The notes under the pieces are model-generated. The model was not told the DNA's origin and ran no database searches. It saw nothing but the letters and a program-made list of their open reading frames with translations. Source: Ktedonobacterales bacterium (GTDB taxonomy: Bacteria > Chloroflexota > Ktedonobacteria > Ktedonobacterales > JADMIN01). From it: a stretch of 64,000 bases of DNA. The translations under genes were made by a program, and so were the position numbers. Positions 38,515 through 47,272 of this stretch are shown here, in pieces. The first letter of the stretch is position 1. Each line of letters starts with the position of its first letter. The stretch lies in assembly GCA_036557205.1 (NCBI GenBank), contig DATBIB010000037.1:1163-65162 (forward strand), given 5' to 3'.

Positions 38515-38735
38515 GGGAGTATGCTTTCGCTGCGCCGCGCTCTATGCGCCTGGGATGCCGGACGGGTCTCGCCTCTCACTCTGCGCTCTTGTCTGTGACC
38601 TCGTGTTGGCAATTTAAGAGTGCTGTCGAACGTCCCATCACAGCACGCTATGCGCCTGCCCGCCTCGTGCGCCCACTCATCGCTCTCCGCAACTAGCCAA
38701 ATATATGCGACTGCCACATACGTTGACAGGAGGAT

Positions 38736-41700
38736 TTGTTCATGTCGCTCAGCAATAAACTTGACACCTGGCGCAAAGACCTGATTGATATGAGCAGGCG
38801 CAACCCATTGCTTTACTATAAGAGTGACGGCAAACGTCCCAGCGGCATCCAATTTCTACCGGAGAATCCGTCGCTGCTATTCGCTCAACTATGTGGCGCT
38901 CCCGGAACGATAGCGCTCAACGACGTGCCGTGGGTGGGTGCGAGTGAGATGGAGCCTGATGAGCTGGAACGTCGTCTCCTCAGGGTCAAGGCGCGGGTGC
39001 GCGAGGATGAGCAGGATCGCGGCATCAGAACGCTCTATCTGGCCTTTGGTATGTTGGAATGGTATGAATCGCCTTACAGCCAGGAGCTGATACGCTCTCC
39101 GCTCATCTTTGTACCCGTCGCTCTGAACTATAAAGCCGCTACGGGATCTTTCACCTTGAAGCTGCTCGATGATGCTGACTGCGAAATCAATCCAACATTG
39201 CGTGAAAAGCTGAATCATGACTTCAAGATTGTGCTGCCGACATGGAGCGATTTGATTGGCGAGAATGGCAATGGTACTGGAGCAGCGCTGCCCGCCCTGA
39301 ATGACCTGCTGAGCGCGATAAAGAGGTCGCTTACCGGAGGCGATGTCCGCTGGAGGATATTACGCGATGATGTGCATCTCGGTCGCTTCGCGTTCCAGAA
39401 ACTGGTGATGTATCAGGATTTGCAGCGCCACGAAGCTGGCGTGCTTGTTCATCCGCTGCTGCGGGTCCTCGGTGGCGAGGCGGTGCGACCCGCGCTCCCT
39501 CCCGACCTGCCACGATCAGACGAGTTTGACGACCGCCTCCGTCCACAAGAGACTCTGGAGATTCTCGACGCGGACTCCAGCCAGCAGGAGGCGATTCTGC
39601 TGGCCAAGAAGGATGTCAGCTTCGTGCTGAAAGGCCCACCAGGCACCGGAAAGAGCCAGACGATTGCCAATATCATCGCCGAGCGTCTGGGGCAGGGAAA
39701 GAAGGTGCTCTTCGTCAGCGAAAAGATGGCCGCGCTCGATGTGGTGCGCAAGCGACTGCACGACGCGGGGCTGGGCGATTTCTGTCTCGACCTGCACAAC
39801 CCTCGGACGAGTTCTCCACAGAAGTCCGCATTCCTCACTGCCCTAAAAGCGGCGCTCGACGATGCAGCGAGGCCAACTGTAGCCAGCACTGATGCCAGGT
39901 GGCAGCGCCAGTCTTCAGATTTGCAGGAGCGGCGAAGCGAGCTCAACGCCTATGTGCGGGAGCTGCATCTACTGCGCCAGCCGCTCGGAAAGACAGCCTT
40001 CGAGGCTTACGGCGCCCTGGCTCAGCTGGGCGACACGCCCGACCGCGATTTCGCCATTCCCGGCATTAGCGCAGTCACTCCCAGTCACTATGCCGCGATG
40101 GCGCGCGCCGCTGACCAGCTTGATGCCTGCAACGATGTGCTGGAGCGGTACGATGTTCACACCTGGCGCGAGACCCGGGCCGCGAGCTATTCACTGGAAC
40201 TTGCCACCTCCATCCGCGCCCACTCCACACGGCTTTCCGAGGCGTTGCGCACGCAACACACAGCGCTGTCGCAAATATACGAGCTGCTCGGCGAGAACGC
40301 CCCTGTCTCGTTTGCCACCATGCCATGGGCAGCCGCCCTCGCGCAGGCAGCGCTGGAGAGTCAGCAGCCGTTGCGTTCGTGGCTCAGCCGCGACACGCTG
40401 GCGCGGCTGCATCCAGTGGCGGCCGATATGGTGGAGCGGTCGGCGACCTTCAATCAGCACCTGAGCCAGTTCACTCCCACGTACAACCGCTCCCTGCTCT
40501 CCGAGGATCTGCCAGCCCTGAGGCAGGCGCTTACCGAAGACAGTACGTGGGCAATGGAATGCCTGCGCCTTCAGTCGAATTCGCTCCACGATACGGCAAT
40601 TGCCCTTCGCGCCGAACTTGAGCCGCAGCTTGCCGCCGCAAGCCAACCGCTGGCGGACCTGCCCGCGGCAGCCAGCACCCTGGCCGACCTGTGTGGCAGC
40701 GAGCGGCCGGAAACGCTGGGCGAGATAAACACACTCGTTGCCATCGCCAAACATCTGCTCGACCGGCCCACCCCACCTCCGCCAGCGGCCTGGCTTGATC
40801 CCTCGGCATGCGGCGTGGCGCGGGCCACGGCGGCTGAGGCGCAGGAGCAGTATACGCAGTGCGCTCGGATGCGCGCGACGTTGGAAAGCATCTACCAGCC
40901 GTCGTTCTTCGCGCTTGATGCGCACGGTATCGCAGAGCGCTTCCGCACGGAGTATCGCTCGCTCTTCCGCGTGTTCAAGCTATCGTATCATCGTGAAGTC
41001 AGGCTGGTGCGGTCGCTGCTTCTGCTGGGACAGGCGCGCAACGCGGCGCAGATCGAAGTCGATATCACCATGGCGGATAAGTTGCTGGATACCGAAAAGG
41101 TGTTGTCCGCGAAGCGAATCGAGTATGCGAGGACGCTGGATCGCTATTTTGATGGCGCGCAGACCGACTGGGAGAAGCTGACAACGACGCTACGCTGGGT
41201 CATGCAACTTCACGACCTTCTGGCGGGTGCACACATTTCCCCCGCAATGGCTGACCTGATACTTGGGCCAGCAAAGGCGCTTCGGCCCGTGAATGTCGCG
41301 CTTGATCGACTTGCCGGGCTATTTGTCGCGTGGGAAGATATCGAGACGCTCTGCATGACGCACCTCCAGATGGCGCCACTCCTTCGGGGCGCTGGCTCAT
41401 TTGACGACGCGGCGCCCGCAGAGGCGCAGGAGGCGATTGAGAAGCTGCTGGGTGACCTGCGTGCGTTCTGGCAGGCTGTGGATACGGTATTGCGCCATTG
41501 CCATCTGCCACCAGCGGCGGGGCAGCCGCTGCGCTGGGCGGTGCTCTGCGAAGACATGGAGCGGGCGCAGCATATCCAGGCATTCGAGGCGCATCTTGCC
41601 GCGAAGGCCGAGGAGTACATCCGCGACTTCGGCCATTTCTACCACAGCGCGGCGACCGACTGGCAGAAGATTCTCGCCGCCATCACCTGGACGGAAGGCT

Positions 41701-43772
41701 TCCTGACGCGCTATACCGGCCGATCGATCCCTGAGAAGACGGGTGCGCTGGTGGCGTATCCCGGCGATGCTACCAGCCGCGCTGCACTCCATGCGGCGCT
41801 CGTCATGATGGGGCAGATGATGGGGGCGACCAATGAAGAGTTGACCTTCAGCGATACGGTGCTTGCGCGTTCAGCACTCCATCAGCCGGGCAAAACATTT
41901 GAGGAAACCCCACTCGCGGCGCTGGCAGACCGGGTGGACTTCCTGGTGGAACACCTGGATGATCTGGATCGCTGGCTCACCTGCCAGCAGCGGCTGAATG
42001 CATGTCGGCAGTCTGGGCTGGACAGCTTTGTCACGAACCTGCTGAGTCAACGGCCGATTCCACCCGATATCGGCGCCATCTTCCGCCGCCGCTTTCATGT
42101 GCTCTGGCTCGATCATGTGCGCGGCCAGTCGCCTGCGCTCAAGAACTTCCAGGGCTTTGAGTATTCACACGTCATCGAGGCGTTTCGGATTCTTGACGCT
42201 GGCCACAAGACGCTGGCCCGGCAACGTCTGAACGCCCGGCTCAAAGAGCATCGTCGCCAGATTTTCACTGGCGTGGGCGGTGATCCCCGGCCGGAACTGT
42301 CTCGCGCGGAGGTCGCGCTCCGCCGGGAGCTACAAAAGAAACGTCACGGCCCGATCCGTAAGACGGTCGTGAAGACGGCTCCCGCGCTGCTCGAGTTGAA
42401 GCCATGTTGGATGATGAGTCCGCTCAGCGTCAGCCAGTATCTGGAGTCTGGCGCTCAGCTCTTCGACCTGGTGATATTTGACGAGGCGTCGCAGGTCTGC
42501 CCAGAAGACAGCATCTCCTCTATCCTGCGTGGAAAGCAGTTGATTGTCGTGGGTGATCCCAGGCAGCTTCCTCCGACGCGCTTCTTCGCGAAATCGCTGG
42601 CGGATGAGAGTGGCGCTGAGGAAGAGGAGGAAGAGGAGGCCGAAGAAGAAGGACGCACACAGAGCATCCTCGATGAGTGCCTCGGCGCGAGCTTCGAGAC
42701 GCGCAGCATCGAATGGCACTATCGCAGCGCTGATGAAGCTTTAATTGCCTTCTCGAACCATCACTTTTACGATGGGCGTCTGGTCACATTCCCCAGCTCA
42801 CATGGCGGCGCGGATCAGGGCATTCGCTTCGAATACGTCGCAGACAGCAACTACAGCCGTGGCAGGAACCGCAACGAGGCCATGCGTGTCGCCGATATTG
42901 TCTTCGACTATCTCCGCCAGCATCCCGGCGAAGAGCATCCCTCGCTGGGCATCGTCGCCCTGAGCGCCGCCCAGCAGGATGCCATTGGCGAGGAGCTCGA
43001 CAATCGCATGAGGCGCGAACCCGATCTCCAGCGCTATCGCGATGTCCTCCTGAGCGGAGAGGATCCCGACGGCATCTTCATCAAGAATCTGGAAAGCGTG
43101 CAGGGCGATGAGCGCGACGCCATTATTCTGAGCGTGGGCTATGGGCCAGATGTCTACGGGAATATCTACAAACGCTTTGGCCCGGTCAACAACGCTGGCG
43201 GTGAGCGACGCCTGAATGTCGCTGTGACACGCGCGCGCAAACAAGTGATCGTTGTCAGCTCGATGCGGGCGAGCGATCTGCCACCAGATATGGCGTCGCG
43301 GGGCGCGCGCATTCTGCGTGACTACCTGCAATATGCGGAGGCATGCTCGGATGGTGGCGCACAACGCGCAGCCCAAATCCTGGTAGAGCAGCCTGCTGAA
43401 GGCGCCGAGCATGGTCCAGGCGCATCCGCGTTGCGTTTCGATTCCCCCTTGGAAGAGGCTGTCTATGATGCGCTGACCGCTCGTGGCCTGACGCTGGATA
43501 CCCAGGTCGGCTGCTCCGGGTATCGTATTGATATGGCGGTTCGCGATCCAGAGCATCCCGGCGCCTATCTGCTAGGTATCGAGTGTGATGGCGCATCGTA
43601 TCACTCCTCGAAGACCGCGCGCGACCGCGACCGCCTTCGCCAATGGCAACTGGAACAGATGGGCTGGAAGCTGCATCGTATCTGGTCAAGCGACTGGTTC
43701 ACCAACTCCGCGCGCGAGACACAGCGTGTGCTGGAAGCAGTCGCGGAACTCGTTTCAGAGCCATTGGGTTGA
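38736..43772 (+). CDS. 1678-aa fusion: DUF4011-like N-terminal domain + UPF1/DNA2-like SF1 helicase (split by a ~800-aa helical insertion) + C-terminal DUF559/Vsr-like (REase_MTES_1575-type) endonuclease domain
   Basis: AGGAGG 8 nt upstream of the ATG. N-terminus 'LIDMSRRNPLLYY...RTLYLAFGMLEW...SPLIFVPV'. Walker A 'GPPGTGKSQT'; motif II 'VIFDEASQV'; 'VVGDPRQLPPT'; 'VQGDERD'; 'RRLNVAVTRAR'. C-terminus 'YRIDMAV...LGIECDGASYHSS...DRDRLRQWQLEQMGWKLHRIW'. Confidence 0.9.
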   Translation: MFMSLSNKLDTWRKDLIDMSRRNPLLYYKSDGKRPSGIQFLPENPSLLFAQLCGAPGTIALNDVPWVGASEMEPDELERRLLRVKARVREDEQDRGIRTLYLAFGMLEWYESPYSQELIRSPLIFVPVALNYKAATGSFTLKLLDDADCEINPTLREKLNHDFKIVLPTWSDLIGENGNGTGAALPALNDLLSAIKRSLTGGDVRWRILRDDVHLGRFAFQKLVMYQDLQRHEAGVLVHPLLRVLGGEAVRPALPPDLPRSDEFDDRLRPQETLEILDADSSQQEAILLAKKDVSFVLKGPPGTGKSQTIANIIAERLGQGKKVLFVSEKMAALDVVRKRLHDAGLGDFCLDLHNPRTSSPQKSAFLTALKAALDDAARPTVASTDARWQRQSSDLQERRSELNAYVRELHLLRQPLGKTAFEAYGALAQLGDTPDRDFAIPGISAVTPSHYAAMARAADQLDACNDVLERYDVHTWRETRAASYSLELATSIRAHSTRLSEALRTQHTALSQIYELLGENAPVSFATMPWAAALAQAALESQQPLRSWLSRDTLARLHPVAADMVERSATFNQHLSQFTPTYNRSLLSEDLPALRQALTEDSTWAMECLRLQSNSLHDTAIALRAELEPQLAAASQPLADLPAAASTLADLCGSERPETLGEINTLVAIAKHLLDRPTPPPPAAWLDPSACGVARATAAEAQEQYTQCARMRATLESIYQPSFFALDAHGIAERFRTEYRSLFRVFKLSYHREVRLVRSLLLLGQARNAAQIEVDITMADKLLDTEKVLSAKRIEYARTLDRYFDGAQTDWEKLTTTLRWVMQLHDLLAGAHISPAMADLILGPAKALRPVNVALDRLAGLFVAWEDIETLCMTHLQMAPLLRGAGSFDDAAPAEAQEAIEKLLGDLRAFWQAVDTVLRHCHLPPAAGQPLRWAVLCEDMERAQHIQAFEAHLAAKAEEYIRDFGHFYHSAATDWQKILAAITWTEGFLTRYTGRSIPEKTGALVAYPGDATSRAALHAALVMMGQMMGATNEELTFSDTVLARSALHQPGKTFEETPLAALADRVDFLVEHLDDLDRWLTCQQRLNACRQSGLDSFVTNLLSQRPIPPDIGAIFRRRFHVLWLDHVRGQSPALKNFQGFEYSHVIEAFRILDAGHKTLARQRLNARLKEHRRQIFTGVGGDPRPELSRAEVALRRELQKKRHGPIRKTVVKTAPALLELKPCWMMSPLSVSQYLESGAQLFDLVIFDEASQVCPEDSISSILRGKQLIVVGDPRQLPPTRFFAKSLADESGAEEEEEEEAEEEGRTQSILDECLGASFETRSIEWHYRSADEALIAFSNHHFYDGRLVTFPSSHGGADQGIRFEYVADSNYSRGRNRNEAMRVADIVFDYLRQHPGEEHPSLGIVALSAAQQDAIGEELDNRMRREPDLQRYRDVLLSGEDPDGIFIKNLESVQGDERDAIILSVGYGPDVYGNIYKRFGPVNNAGGERRLNVAVTRARKQVIVVSSMRASDLPPDMASRGARILRDYLQYAEACSDGGAQRAAQILVEQPAEGAEHGPGASALRFDSPLEEAVYDALTARGLTLDTQVGCSGYRIDMAVRDPEHPGAYLLGIECDGASYHSSKTARDRDRLRQWQLEQMGWKLHRIWSSDWFTNSARETQRVLEAVAELVSEPLG

Positions 43773-43917
43773 GCGTGCGTGCCAGAGAGCGCCAAGCCGC
43801 CTGCGCTGCCAGTCTGGTACGATGTTTGCTATAGATGCATGGTAGGCAGGCGGCGCCATCAATCTACCTGTGCTATGTGGTGAGAGGCACATAAGTCATA
43901 GGCGGGCCGCGCAATCA

Positions 43918-43946
43918 TTGACGGCAAGGTGCTCGTGCGGTATTCT
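43918..43946 (+). promoter_or_regulatory. Sigma70-type promoter for the zinc-ribbon Ser/Thr kinase gene
   Basis: TTGACG (43918-43923), 17 nt, TATTCT (43941-43946). Confidence 0.5.
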
Positions 43947-44087
43947 GATGGCGCAGCACGGCATTGGAAAATGGCGGAGTCATATGCTCTGCACAGGCGA
44001 TGCACGGTGACACATGCGAGTTGGCATGGCGGCGTGTTGAGCAACGCACCGGTGCTGCATGGTGTCGCATGGATGAAGGAGTAGGAC

Positions 44088-45929
44088 GTGCCGCAAGCTC
44101 CCGCAAAAAGCGCACTTGCTCCCGGAACGATCATTCGCAACAACTATCGCATCGAGGAACTGATTGGCAGTGGCGGCTACGCGAATGTCTATCGCGCCAC
44201 TGAACTCACTTTCGGCTATGAGCGTGCGATCAAAGAAGTGATCGATCCGGACCCCGGTGTTCGCATGCAGTTCCAGCTTGAAGCTCGCCTGCTGATAGAC
44301 ACCAAACACCCCAATATTCCTCGTGGCTACTATCTCCTCGACGATAAAGGACGCATGTACCTCATCATGGAGTATGTGCATGGCAAAGACCTCGAAGAGA
44401 TTCTGAATGACAGCCTGAAGACGCACAGGCAGCCCCTCGACGAAAAACAGGTGCTCCAGTGGGCCATTGCCGTCTGCGACGCGCTGACCGAGATGCACTC
44501 GCTCAAGACGCCCATCATCCATCGCGACATAAAACCTGCCAATATTAAGATCACGCCGGACGGTCGCCCAGTGCTGATCGATTTTGGGCTGGCGAAGCTG
44601 CATAAACCCAGCAAAAATACCCAGGCCGCCGCCCAGGGCGTCTCGCCAGGTTTCGCGCCTCCAGAACAATACATGGCCAAAGGCAAGACCGACGCGCGCA
44701 CCGATGTCTATGGCCTGGGCGCAACCCTCTACGCCTGCCTGACCGGCCGCGATGCGCCCGAAGCGCCCGCTCGCCTGCTCGCCCAGACGGGAGCCGCAGG
44801 TCAGGGAGCCGATCTCAAACCCATTCGGTTTTACAATCCGCAGGTCAGCGAGGCGACCGACCGTGTCGTCAAGAAAGCCCTGGAGCTTTCGCCGCAACAA
44901 CGCCAGCAGTCCGCCGCTGATTTACAACGCGAGTTGCAGTCTGTCCTCAAGGGCGGCAAGGCTGGGCCAGCGACCCTGGATATGGGGCCGGTCTGCGCGA
45001 AATGCGGCATGCAGAATCGCCCAGGGCTGCTCAACTGCGCCAACTGCGGCGCACCGCTCAATGGGGCTGGCGACTCGCTCACGCGCGGCTCGGGAAAACG
45101 TCCGAAAGTCGCGCCGCCCGCAGCTTCGGGTATACGAGGCACGGCCCAGATGCCCGCGATGCCAGCGCCGCCCCCTGTGGCGCATCCGCTGGCAGACGAT
45201 CAGCGGACCAAAGGCACGCTCATCGCGGCGCAGCAGCGCGGCTCTAACAAACACGCCGCTGTCTCGCCATCCGCCGCCTCTGCCGCGCGCGGCACTGGCA
45301 AACAGCCCGCGGTGTCTAATTTGCCAACGCCATCGATCCTCAACTATCCGGGCAATGGCGCAGCGGCGGCTACCGCCGGGAATACGGCCCTCGCGCCACG
45401 TGTTGCCGTCACCCCAGCCAATCCGCCGAAAGCGATCAACCGGGCGACTGGCGCGCCAGCGGCGGTGGGATCCTCGTCGTCGGTGAAGTCGTCCTGGATC
45501 AGGATTGGCCAGACGGGTCTGGGTGGTCCGGGGAAAGTGGTGCTGGCGTTTGGGTTCGTCGAGACACTCTGGGGGGCGCTCATCATCGCGCTGGGCGTGG
45601 TGATGGCGGTGACCAAAGGCAACAACTTCCCCATCGTCACGTTCGTCGGCGCCTGGCTCATCGTCGTCGTACTGGCCAGCCTGATTGGCGGCCAGGCGAT
45701 CAGTCGGCCAATCTACCGCCGCAAGCGGGTGAGCGGATTCAGACGCGGCTTGCAGGCCTTCGGGCTGCTCGTCTATTCGGCAGTAGTGCATGCCGTCGCG
45801 GTCTGGGGCGTTACGACCTATTCCAATCTGCAGAGTGGGGCTACCGTCGCCATCATCGCGTTTATCGCCTTCGGCCTGAATGTGCTGGTCATCGGCATCT
45901 TCACGATGCTCAATATGCTCAACAACTGA
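44088..45929 (+). CDS. Hanks-type Ser/Thr protein kinase with zinc ribbon, low-complexity linker and C-terminal 4-TM domain
   Basis: GTG start with AAGGAG 7 nt upstream. 'GSGGYANVY', 'AIKEV', 'HRDIKPAN', 'DFGLAK', 'APPEQ'. Zn ribbon 'CAKCGMQNRPGLLNCANCGAPL'. Four hydrophobic helices in the last ~150 aa. Confidence 0.9.
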   Translation: MPQAPAKSALAPGTIIRNNYRIEELIGSGGYANVYRATELTFGYERAIKEVIDPDPGVRMQFQLEARLLIDTKHPNIPRGYYLLDDKGRMYLIMEYVHGKDLEEILNDSLKTHRQPLDEKQVLQWAIAVCDALTEMHSLKTPIIHRDIKPANIKITPDGRPVLIDFGLAKLHKPSKNTQAAAQGVSPGFAPPEQYMAKGKTDARTDVYGLGATLYACLTGRDAPEAPARLLAQTGAAGQGADLKPIRFYNPQVSEATDRVVKKALELSPQQRQQSAADLQRELQSVLKGGKAGPATLDMGPVCAKCGMQNRPGLLNCANCGAPLNGAGDSLTRGSGKRPKVAPPAASGIRGTAQMPAMPAPPPVAHPLADDQRTKGTLIAAQQRGSNKHAAVSPSAASAARGTGKQPAVSNLPTPSILNYPGNGAAAATAGNTALAPRVAVTPANPPKAINRATGAPAAVGSSSSVKSSWIRIGQTGLGGPGKVVLAFGFVETLWGALIIALGVVMAVTKGNNFPIVTFVGAWLIVVVLASLIGGQAISRPIYRRKRVSGFRRGLQAFGLLVYSAVVHAVAVWGVTTYSNLQSGATVAIIAFIAFGLNVLVIGIFTMLNMLNN

Positions 45930-45982
45930 GCGCGCTCAGCAAGCTCGGCAACAAACACAACCATTGAGGGGGAGCGTCTCCC

Positions 45983-47164
45983 ATGCCCCGGTCGAATCCG
46001 GCGCTCGCGTCACAGCATCCCAACCCGATGTTTCGCATCGGCGCGCTGGTCTATGGCCGCGACGACATCCTCCATCTGGAGTTTGGCGAGCCAGACTTCC
46101 CCACGCCAGCGCATATCGCCACCGCCGCCAGCACCTCCATCACTGACGAGCGCCAGGGATACGGCCCCGGCAATGGCATCGCCGAGTTGCGCGCCGCCGT
46201 CGCCGTGCGTGTCCAGCGCGTCAATGGGTTCGCGCCAGCCGCCGAGCAGGTGGTGATGACCGAAGGTGGCACTGGCGGCCTGATGGGCAGCCTGCTTACT
46301 CTCTGCGCGCCGGGCGATATTGTGCTGACGCCCGACCCTGGCTGGCCTGGCTACGACGCGATGCTGGCGGTTGCGGGCGTTGAGCGCGCGTATTATCCGC
46401 TGTTGTCGGAGCGCGGCTGGCTGCCCGACCTTGACGCGCTCGAAGCCGCCATCACACCGCGGGCACGCGTCCTGCTCATCAACTCGCCCTCGAATCCCGG
46501 CGGCGCGGTCTATCCGGCGGAGACCATCGCCGCGCTGGTGGGGATCGCCGCTCGGCACGACCTCTGGCTGCTCTCCGATGAGTGCTATGACGAGATGGCC
46601 TTCGGCGAGCGCCATATAAGCCCCGCTGCGCTCGACCCTGATGGGCGCGTGCTGACGGTGGGCAGCTTCTCGAAGACCTATGCGATGACGGGCTGGCGCA
46701 TCGGTTGGGTGGTGGCGCCGCCAGAGATTGCTCCCGCCCTGGGACTGACCACCGCCGCGCAGATCAATAACCTGCCGCTCTTCGTGCAGCGGGCGGCGCT
46801 CGCCGCGCTCGAAGGGCCACAGGAGTGCGTCGCCGAGATGCGCGCATCCTACCAGGCGCGGCGTGACCTCGCGACGGGATTGCTGCGCGAGCGCGGGCTG
46901 CTCGAATATACCCCGGCGGGCGCGTTCTATCTGCTCGTTCCGGTGGCGCGGGCGGCGGGCTATGGCGCGGACGAGCCGTTTGATTCGCTGGCGTTCGCGG
47001 CGGCGCTGATCGCCGAGCGGGGCATCGCGCTGGCCCCAGGAATGGCGTTCGGCAGCCGCACCGCCCGCTATGTGCGCATCTCGCTCGCCAGCGCCCCCGA
47101 TGTGCTGCGCGCGGGCATTTCTGGCCTGCTCGACTTCGCCGCCGGATGGCGGCAGCGCCAGTAA
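45983..47164 (+). CDS. Class I/II pyridoxal-phosphate aminotransferase (aspartate/aromatic aminotransferase-like)
   Basis: 'NSPSNPGG', 'LSDECYDEM', and PLP-lysine motif 'SFSKTYAMTGWRIGW'. Confidence 0.88.
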   Translation: MPRSNPALASQHPNPMFRIGALVYGRDDILHLEFGEPDFPTPAHIATAASTSITDERQGYGPGNGIAELRAAVAVRVQRVNGFAPAAEQVVMTEGGTGGLMGSLLTLCAPGDIVLTPDPGWPGYDAMLAVAGVERAYYPLLSERGWLPDLDALEAAITPRARVLLINSPSNPGGAVYPAETIAALVGIAARHDLWLLSDECYDEMAFGERHISPAALDPDGRVLTVGSFSKTYAMTGWRIGWVVAPPEIAPALGLTTAAQINNLPLFVQRAALAALEGPQECVAEMRASYQARRDLATGLLRERGLLEYTPAGAFYLLVPVARAAGYGADEPFDSLAFAAALIAERGIALAPGMAFGSRTARYVRISLASAPDVLRAGISGLLDFAAGWRQRQ

Positions 47165-47272
47165 TCCGCCACCGCTGCGCATTACCACGTAGACCAATAA
47201 GGTTATGTAAATATTCGAGCGGAATGGTACCATGGCTTCATAATTCGCGCATGCGAGCGATGAGGTGGCCGC

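Noticed and set aside
38469-44143. Minus-strand ORFs 38469..38852 and 43859..44143 flanking the helicase gene, considered as possible small partner genes.
   Set aside because: Both overlap predicted plus-strand promoters and start regions, have no SD and show odd composition. They were not treated as genes.
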